Below are positions 58,075 to 64,000 of a DNA stretch of 64,000 nucleotides, in pieces. Location of the stretch: the NCBI GenBank assembly GCA_965242965.1, contig OZ251518.1, forward strand, positions 3,008,001 to 3,072,000, written 5' to 3'. Source of the DNA: Candidatus Poribacteria bacterium. GTDB lineage: Bacteria > Poribacteria > WGA-4E > WGA-3G. The notes beneath the pieces were generated by a model that saw only the letters and a program-made list of their open reading frames with translations, did no database searches and was not told the origin of the DNA. The number at the start of each line of letters is the position of its first letter. Within the stretch, counting starts at the first letter, position 1. The translations under genes were made by a program, and so were the position numbers.

Positions 58075-61000
58075 TTAAAGGTAATCCTTCAAAAACTGCC
58101 CGGTATAAGAAGCAGCCACTGCCGCAACTTCTTCCGGTGTCCCATGTGCCAACACCCTGCCGCCTTTATGGCCGCCCTCCGGGCCAAGATCTATGACGTA
58201 ATCGGCGGTTTTGATGACATCTAAGTGATGCTCAATCACCAGCACGGTGTGTCCTCTATCCACCAGTTTGCCGAGGCTGTCAAGGAGTTTCTGGACATCG
58301 GCGAGGTGAAGCCCGGTCGTCGGTTCATCCAAGATATAGAGGTTGTGTTTGCCTCGCTTGATCTTGCCGAGCTCACTGGCGAGTTTCACGCGCTGCGCCT
58401 CGCCGCCGGAGAGGAGCGGGGCCGGATGCCCTATCTGAAGGTAACCCATCCCTAACTCGTTGAGCACGCTCAGTTTATGCTTGATCAGCCGCTGGTCTTC
58501 AAAAAATTCAACGCCGTCTTCAATCGACATATCAAGGATCTCGGCGATGTTCTTGCCGTTGTAGGTTACCTCCAGCGTATCCTGATTGTAGCGCGCGCCT
58601 TTACACGTCGGACAAACTACCTCGACATCGGGCATAAAGTGGAGTTTCGTGGTGATAGTGCCTTCGCCGTGGCACTCCTCGCAACGGCCGCCTTTGACGT
58701 TGAAACTGAAGCGTCCGGCGGCGTAGCCGCGCGCCATCGCCATCGGCGTATTGGCAAAGAGTTTGCGGACGTTATCGTAAAAACCGATGTAGGTGGCAGG
58801 ATTGGAACGCGAGGAACGCCCAATCGGCGACTGATCGATGTTGATAACATCGCTGACGTGTTCATGCCCGGCGAGCGTGTCGTGCGCGCCGTAAAGCGTG
58901 CGGCTATCGTGATAAATGGAATAGAGCCGCTTGTAGAGAATCTCGTTGACGAGGGTGCTTTTGCCGGAACCGGACGCGCCTGTCACACAGATAAACACGC
59001 CGAGCGGAATGTCAACGTTAAGGTTTCTCAGGTTGTTTTCTCGCGCACCGGTGACGCTCAGGAAGGTGCCGTTGAGGTGGCGGCGTTGTTCGGGGAGCGA
59101 GATCTCGCGCCTGCCGCTCATATAGAGTCCAGTCAAGGAATCGGGGCATTCCAGAATCGTCTCCAGCGGGCCTTGCACGACGACGTGTCCGCCGTGGACA
59201 CCGGGTCCCGGGCCGAGTTCTATGACGTGGTCTGCTGCACGAATCGTGCTTTCATCGTGCTCAACAACGATGACAGTATTGCCGATGTCGCGAAGCTTGC
59301 GCAGCGTTTCGATCATCTTCGCGTTGTCCTTCGGATGCAAGCCGATGCTCGGTTCATCGAGGACATAGAGCATGCCCATCAACCCAGAACCTATCTGGGT
59401 AGAGAGCCGGATCCGTTGCGATTCACCGCCGGAGAGCGTCGCCGCGCGGCGATTCAGGTTGAGGTAGTCAAGCCCGATGCCGAGGAGGAGGTTAATCCGT
59501 TCAACGAGCTCTCTGATGACGCGGGAGCCTGCTTCGCGGTGTTTTTCGGGAATTGTTTGCTTGTCAATTGATAAGAGAAAATCTCGTAGTTCCTCGAAGT
59601 GCAGTTCGCCGACTTCGTGGATAGTTTTTCGGGGTTGGGAGGTTTCGTTTGCGGTATTGCATCGAGACCGGGAGGTCTCTCCTACCCCGGAAGATAATCG
59701 AGCCCGGGAGGTCTCTCCTACTGGTTCTTCGTTGTAGGCGGGTCCTCTGGTCCCGATATCGCCGGAAGTTAATCGAGACCGGGAGGTTTCGTCTGCGGTA
59801 TTGCATCGAGACCAGGAGGTCTCTCCTACCGGTGTTCGGGAATCGACGATGGTGACGAGGAGCCGCTGGCGTTTGAGTTTCGCGCCGCCGCAGTCGGGAC
59901 AAGTATGTTCCACCATGACTTTCCGGAGGTATTCCTCCATTCCAGAGTGCGCTTCGCCTTGCTTGCGGTAGTGGCGGTAGTGCCTATCGATGCGGGTGAT
60001 GATGCCGTCAAAACGGATTTTTCTGCCGAGGTGGCGTTTCTCGATCGGCTTCGCATCGGGCGGCTGGCAGACAGGGAATTCCTCGCCGCGCGTGCCGTGG
60101 AAGAGGATATCCACAACGTCGGGTGATAACTCTCCGAAGGGTGCGTTCATGTCGAATCCGTAATGTTGGGACATGCTGTAGAGCGTCCTGCCGTCCCACC
60201 GGTCCGGGTCATAGCCTGTGGATTGGTGTGCGAACGCGCCTTCAGCGATACTCCGCGACTTATCGGGGACGAGGAGATTCGGATGCACCTGCAGGTAAGT
60301 GCCGAGTCCGGAGCAGGTGACGCATGCCCCCGTTGGTTCGTTGAAGGTGAAGTGATGCGGTCCGAGTTCGCCCATCAGCACGCCGTGTTCGGGGCATCCG
60401 AAGTTTTCTAAACCTACTGGGAGGACTTCGGGGAGCTCCGGGTCGCGAGCGTGGAAACTCATGAACCCTTCGCCTACTAGCATCGTATGTTCCAGCGAGG
60501 CAAGCACCTGCTTGTCGATATCCTTCTGGATAAAGAATTTGTCAACGATGACTTGGATGTCGTAGTCTTTGTCTTCGTCAAGTTCGATTTCCTCGCTGAT
60601 GTCGTGCGGTTCGCCGTTAATGCGGACGTGGCGGCACCCCTTCGTGCGGATGTCGTCAAAGAGGTAGTCGTAATCCTCGCCGTAGATTTTGAAGACCGGG
60701 GCGTGGATTTCTACTTCCGTGCCTTCTGGCAGCGCGAGCAGCCGTTCCAAAATCTGATGCGGCGAACGGATGGGAATCTCGCGTTCACAATAGGGGCAGT
60801 GCGCGATGCCGATGGTAGCGAAGAGCATCCGCAGGAAATCCTGCAGATCTGTCATCGTGCCGACGGTGGAGCGCGGGTTCATCGTGACGGTTTTCTGCTC
60901 AATGGAGACAACGGGTGAAAGCCCATCGACGAAATCGACATCGGGTTTCTTGAGTTGCGTGATGAAGCGTTTGGCGTAGGTGGACATTGATTCGAGGAAA

Positions 61001-61158
61001 CGGCGTTGTCCCTCGGCGTAGACGGTATCAAATGCCAACGATGATTTGCCGGAGCCGCTGATGCCGGTGACGACAACGAGCCGGTCTCGGGGGATTTCGA
61101 CTTCTATGTTTTGTAGGTTATTTTCTCTTGCGCCTTTGACGGCGACGGTTTGTCTCAT
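58075..61158 (-). CDS. uvrA: Excinuclease ABC subunit UvrA (with an in-frame repeat-derived insertion)
   Basis: GARENNL twice, [50 protein letters not shown], zinc fingers, [12 protein letters not shown]. Confidence 0.96.
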   Translation of the reverse strand: MRQTVAVKGARENNLQNIEVEIPRDRLVVVTGISGSGKSSLAFDTVYAEGQRRFLESMSTYAKRFITQLKKPDVDFVDGLSPVVSIEQKTVTMNPRSTVGTMTDLQDFLRMLFATIGIAHCPYCEREIPIRSPHQILERLLALPEGTEVEIHAPVFKIYGEDYDYLFDDIRTKGCRHVRINGEPHDISEEIELDEDKDYDIQVIVDKFFIQKDIDKQVLASLEHTMLVGEGFMSFHARDPELPEVLPVGLENFGCPEHGVLMGELGPHHFTFNEPTGACVTCSGLGTYLQVHPNLLVPDKSRSIAEGAFAHQSTGYDPDRWDGRTLYSMSQHYGFDMNAPFGELSPDVVDILFHGTRGEEFPVCQPPDAKPIEKRHLGRKIRFDGIITRIDRHYRHYRKQGEAHSGMEEYLRKVMVEHTCPDCGGAKLKRQRLLVTIVDSRTPVGETSWSRCNTADETSRSRLTSGDIGTRGPAYNEEPVGETSRARLSSGVGETSRSRCNTANETSQPRKTIHEVGELHFEELRDFLLSIDKQTIPEKHREAGSRVIRELVERINLLLGIGLDYLNLNRRAATLSGGESQRIRLSTQIGSGLMGMLYVLDEPSIGLHPKDNAKMIETLRKLRDIGNTVIVVEHDESTIRAADHVIELGPGPGVHGGHVVVQGPLETILECPDSLTGLYMSGRREISLPEQRRHLNGTFLSVTGARENNLRNLNVDIPLGVFICVTGASGSGKSTLVNEILYKRLYSIYHDSRTLYGAHDTLAGHEHVSDVINIDQSPIGRSSRSNPATYIGFYDNVRKLFANTPMAMARGYAAGRFSFNVKGGRCEECHGEGTITTKLHFMPDVEVVCPTCKGARYNQDTLEVTYNGKNIAEILDMSIEDGVEFFEDQRLIKHKLSVLNELGMGYLQIGHPAPLLSGGEAQRVKLASELGKIKRGKHNLYILDEPTTGLHLADVQKLLDSLGKLVDRGHTVLVIEHHLDVIKTADYVIDLGPEGGHKGGRVLAHGTPEEVAAVAASYTGQFLKDYL
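59629..59845. repeat. REP hairpin cluster inserted in frame inside uvrA
   Basis: atcgagacc.ggaggtctctcctac-type copies at about 59661, 59697, 59772 and 59805, plus a gtaggcggg..cccgat copy at about 59734. Confidence 0.9.
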
Positions 61159-61221
61159 GGGGGAGCTCCTTTTTCTCTGGTAATTAAGTCCTACGGACAT
61201 GAAGCGGGCGCCTTCTTGGCT

Positions 61222-61362
61222 GTAGGAGAGACCTCCCGGTCTCGATTTTTCACTGTCAGCCTACGGATTTTTTTTAGTCTGGCACATTAAGGTCCTACGG
61301 ACCTTAGGGTTGTTTTCGTGTTGGGCTGCTATAGACATTAAGGTCCTACGGACCTAAAGAGC
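61222..61362. repeat. REP plus half CTATAG foldback upstream of uvrA
   Basis: gtaggagagacctcccggtctcgat; cattaaggtcctacggacct occurs twice. Confidence 0.8.
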
Positions 61363-61380
61363 GACTGTCAATGTCGGCAT

Positions 61381-61595
61381 GTTGAGGGACAGGCCCTCAA
61401 CCTACGGGGCCGGTGCAGGGTTCGGCGTGTTGAGGGACAGGCCCTCGACCTACGGGGCCGGTGCCGGTTGCGGCGTGTTGAGGGACAGGCCCTCAACCTA
61501 CGGGGCCGGCGCAGGTTGCGGCATGTTGAGGGACAGGCCCTCAACCTACGGGGCCGGTGCAGGGTTCGGTTTGTTGAGGGACAAGCCCTCAACCT
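61381..61595. repeat. Tandem array of five 48-bp units carrying a GTTGAGGG/CCCTCAAC REP variant
   Basis: gttgagggaca(g/a)gccctc(a/g)acc starts at 61381, 61429, 61477, 61525 and 61573. Confidence 0.92.
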
Positions 61596-61597
61596 AA

Positions 61598-63550
61598 TTA
61601 AAGAAACGGGTTATCGGCATCGTAATAATATGATGGCTGCTCAACGGAGACCTGGCTGTCCTTCGTTAAACGGATAAGCGCGGAGAATTGCTCAATAATT
61701 CCTTTCTGTGACAGCCACTCACACGGGAGCTCGAACCAGAGGTTGCGGTGCCCGAAGTGGTCAGCGATGTCGATTATCGTGCGTTCTTCACCCGCTTCCT
61801 CTAGGAAATCTAGCAAGGGTTTGAAGAGCGTCTGCGCCCGGTCCTCCAAGTATGTATCAACTTGGGCAAGCACCTTTCCAAGCATCGCCTCATCTTTCGG
61901 TTTGTCGATGATGTCCGTGAAAACGGCGTTGAAGAAGGATGGGTTGTGCTTGATGGCTTGGTAGATAACCTTCCGTTTCGGCGTTTCGCCGTGCATGAAG
62001 GTTTCGATGCGCGCGAGCTGTCTGATGACATACGTCAAGTAGACAAAAGTATAATCAAAATCGCGCTTGAGGTGAAACCATTTCTCTGCTTTCGCTAAGG
62101 TGGCAGTGGCACCGCCTGCTTCGTTGAGCAGTTGGGTATGTTTATCGCGTTCGCCAATTTCGCTTTTTTGATGCCGGGCGGTAAGGCATCGCGACCGGGA
62201 GGTCTCTCCTACCAGAGGCAATCGAGACCGGGAGGTCTCTCCTACTAGCCATTCAGCGAGCCCCGGTTCTTTGGAGAAGAGGATTTCGCTTTCGGCGAGG
62301 ATTGCGTGGAGTTTGCTTCCCTCCAAAGTCTTTTCCAGCAGCTGCCGATACTCATTACGTGTATAGAGTTTAACCCGAATCGGCACGCTTTCTTCAATTA
62401 ATTGTTGCTCTTCGTGATGAAATCGCGTTCCGTCTCTCAGAATCACGGTGAGATGCGGGGTTGTCTTCTCCCAGACGTTGTCTTCCGCGAGGTCGCTGGT
62501 GAGAATCGCGGCGAGGACATACCGGTCTTGCGCAAGCGTTTCGGTAAGTGTCTCGACTGCATCGTGAATTCGTCGATGGATATCGGCGTTGCTGTATCGA
62601 GACCGGGAGGTCTCTCCTACGGGCTGGGCATCATAATAATACGCCGGCTCCTCCACAGAAACTTGGCTCTTGACAGTCAACTTCATCGGCACCGCGATCT
62701 GCCGGAGGGTGCCTTTCCATGCGAGCCATTGACATACCAACTCCAGAGTCCCTTCGTCGAAACCCGCCTTGAAATGCGCGTTGATTTCGGTGTTGGAGCG
62801 CGGGGCGTTCTGCTCTCGCAGGTAATCCAAAATCGGCTGAAAGATGAACCGCCGTTCGTCAAGGTAAGCGTTGACTGCATCCAGCGTTTCTTGAATGACA
62901 GCCTCGTTTTTCTCGCCGTTGATGAGTTCGGTATAGACACGAGTGAAGAAATCGGGGTTGTAACGGAGCGCGGGCTGAATTACCTCGCGCGCCGGAATTT
63001 CATCGTTGAGTAGCACCTCGATGCGCGCTAATCCTTGCACCACGTCCAACAACGTGAGAAAGCAGGTGACGACATCGCGATTGACGTAGAACTGCTTCTC
63101 GGCATAAATGAGGTTCGGCAGGGTGCTAGCGACGACGTTCAGCAGTTGGAGTTGCTTATCGCGCTCACCGATGCCGTGGCGATTGGCGTTTTTGTCATAC
63201 CATTCGCGGATCGATGCGTCGCGTGAGAAGAGGAGCGTGCTGTGCGAGAAGTAGGAGTGCATGAAAGAGCCTTGCTGCGCGCCTTCGATTCGTTGCTTAA
63301 AGGCGTTGCGCGGGCTTAAAGAGGCGTGAATGTTGACACCGTTTTCCACCAGCGCGAAGAAATCTAGCGTCGGCCGGATGCCGTCCCTGCCGATGATGTC
63401 CACATCCAGGTCAGATTTTTCCCAGACTTGTGCGTAGGAGAAACTGCCCGCGACGATGACAGCGAGGATATAAGGGTCCCCTTTGATCTTTTCGACGAGA
63501 GTCTCAACTGCTTCGTGGTATTGTTGTTCGATGACATCTTGGGATTTCAT
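61598..63550 (-). CDS. Protein with two tandem nucleotidyltransferase-like (YgxA-like) modules and in-frame REP-derived peptides
   Basis: First half has AGSF...VWEKSDLDV. The second half is homologous (EIGERDK..QLLN, LARIE, SQVSVE.P.YYYDA) but lacks GS/DxD. VGETSRSR occurs 3 times. Confidence 0.7.
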   Translation of the reverse strand: MKSQDVIEQQYHEAVETLVEKIKGDPYILAVIVAGSFSYAQVWEKSDLDVDIIGRDGIRPTLDFFALVENGVNIHASLSPRNAFKQRIEGAQQGSFMHSYFSHSTLLFSRDASIREWYDKNANRHGIGERDKQLQLLNVVASTLPNLIYAEKQFYVNRDVVTCFLTLLDVVQGLARIEVLLNDEIPAREVIQPALRYNPDFFTRVYTELINGEKNEAVIQETLDAVNAYLDERRFIFQPILDYLREQNAPRSNTEINAHFKAGFDEGTLELVCQWLAWKGTLRQIAVPMKLTVKSQVSVEEPAYYYDAQPVGETSRSRYSNADIHRRIHDAVETLTETLAQDRYVLAAILTSDLAEDNVWEKTTPHLTVILRDGTRFHHEEQQLIEESVPIRVKLYTRNEYRQLLEKTLEGSKLHAILAESEILFSKEPGLAEWLVGETSRSRLPLVGETSRSRCLTARHQKSEIGERDKHTQLLNEAGGATATLAKAEKWFHLKRDFDYTFVYLTYVIRQLARIETFMHGETPKRKVIYQAIKHNPSFFNAVFTDIIDKPKDEAMLGKVLAQVDTYLEDRAQTLFKPLLDFLEEAGEERTIIDIADHFGHRNLWFELPCEWLSQKGIIEQFSALIRLTKDSQVSVEQPSYYYDADNPFL

Positions 63551-63791
63551 GAGGATTCTCCTATTTTGTGTTTCTGTGGACGCAGCGCGGCCGCGAGGCG
63601 AGATGTTTCAATTATTAATTATATCATATATGCGTTAAGAATGCAAGGAAAAATGGGGTATAGTGTTTAAAGAAGAATCGGGAGATGAGGTCAAGATTGG
63701 GCGATCTTGCGCTACAGAGGCGAGACCGGTCAGCTGCGAGAGAAACACCCTGACGAACCGAGGCGCGGTTGCAAACACCTTATGAACAGCA

Positions 63792-63848
63792 TGGCGAGGG
63801 GAACCCGCTCGCATGCGCGTGTGGCATGCGAGGGCCCTCGCCCTACGA
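63792..63848. repeat. Nested-hairpin REP variant
   Basis: ggcgagggg-aacccgctcgcatgcgcgtgtggcatgcgag-ggccctcgccctacg. Confidence 0.85.
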
Positions 63849-63862
63849 AAAAAAAGGGAACG

Positions 63863-64000
63863 TTATCGTCCTTTCAGCGCGCCCCAGGTCGTCGCTGATT
63901 TGCCTGAAGGCGAGACAGCGAGCGCAGTCTCCCAACCCTCTTCGGCGAGGAATTGGATATCCTCTTCCTCAAGCGCAACGCCTTTCTTGGAGATGAAAAC
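63863..64000 (-). CDS. C-terminal end of a protein with the TTWGALK motif (possibly LamG-like), truncated by window edge
   Basis: Reverse frame reads VFISKKGVALEEEDIQFLAEEGWETALAVSPSGKSATTWGALKGR*. Confidence 0.7.
   Translation of the reverse strand, partial: VFISKKGVALEEEDIQFLAEEGWETALAVSPSGKSATTWGALKGR

Noticed and set aside
59629-59845. Intein in UvrA
   Set aside because: There is no N-terminal C/S block or C-terminal HN motif, the insert is too short, and it is composed of REP DNA.
61381-61595. CRISPR array
   Set aside because: Spacers are short and near-identical, so this is a tandem repeat of a REP variant.
1-64000. tRNA/rRNA genes, integrase, transposase, reverse transcriptase or prophage genes
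   Set aside because: None was recognised in the sequence or the ORF track, so the enzymes mobilising the repeats must be encoded elsewhere if they exist.

Overview
A 64-kb, GC-rich bacterial chromosomal segment. It is most likely from Candidatus Poribacteria, inferred from the C-terminal 'K-x-x-TTWGALK' motif on three proteins, a DUF6785-like membrane protein and a CRTAC1/FG-GAP protein. The housekeeping backbone includes pdxJ, an RsuA/RluB-type pseudouridine synthase, mnmE-jag-yidC-yidD-rnpA, an E1-alpha dehydrogenase subunit, coaD, recX, alaS, larB, iolA/iolE/iolG, an S41 protease, gatA/gatC, pcrA and uvrA. Defence-like genes are interleaved: an HNH nuclease, an amino-MTase-Mrr fusion, three MNT-HEPN fusion paralogues, an AAA ATPase + DUF4276-like pair, an FRG-TPR protein, and a C5-MTase + MORC/GHKL-nuclease pair inside the inositol cluster. 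The most striking feature is a dense, layered set of short palindromic repeats. There are at least five GTAG-REP-like hairpin families with compensatory stem changes and a ~180-bp CTATAG foldback element. Conserved TGAGGGTGTTTCATA ends bracket variable REP cassettes, often next to stop codons. There are also 48- and 58-bp tandem arrays, and in-frame REP insertions inside uvrA and a tandem-NTase gene that encode repeated 'VGETSRSR' peptides. The ORF track misses a probable UxxC thioredoxin-TPR selenoprotein with a SECIS-like hairpin, a 50-aa basic ORF behind a consensus promoter, and a shared leader element that supplies the RBS of three unrelated genes. All calls come from reading the sequence; no database searches were run.
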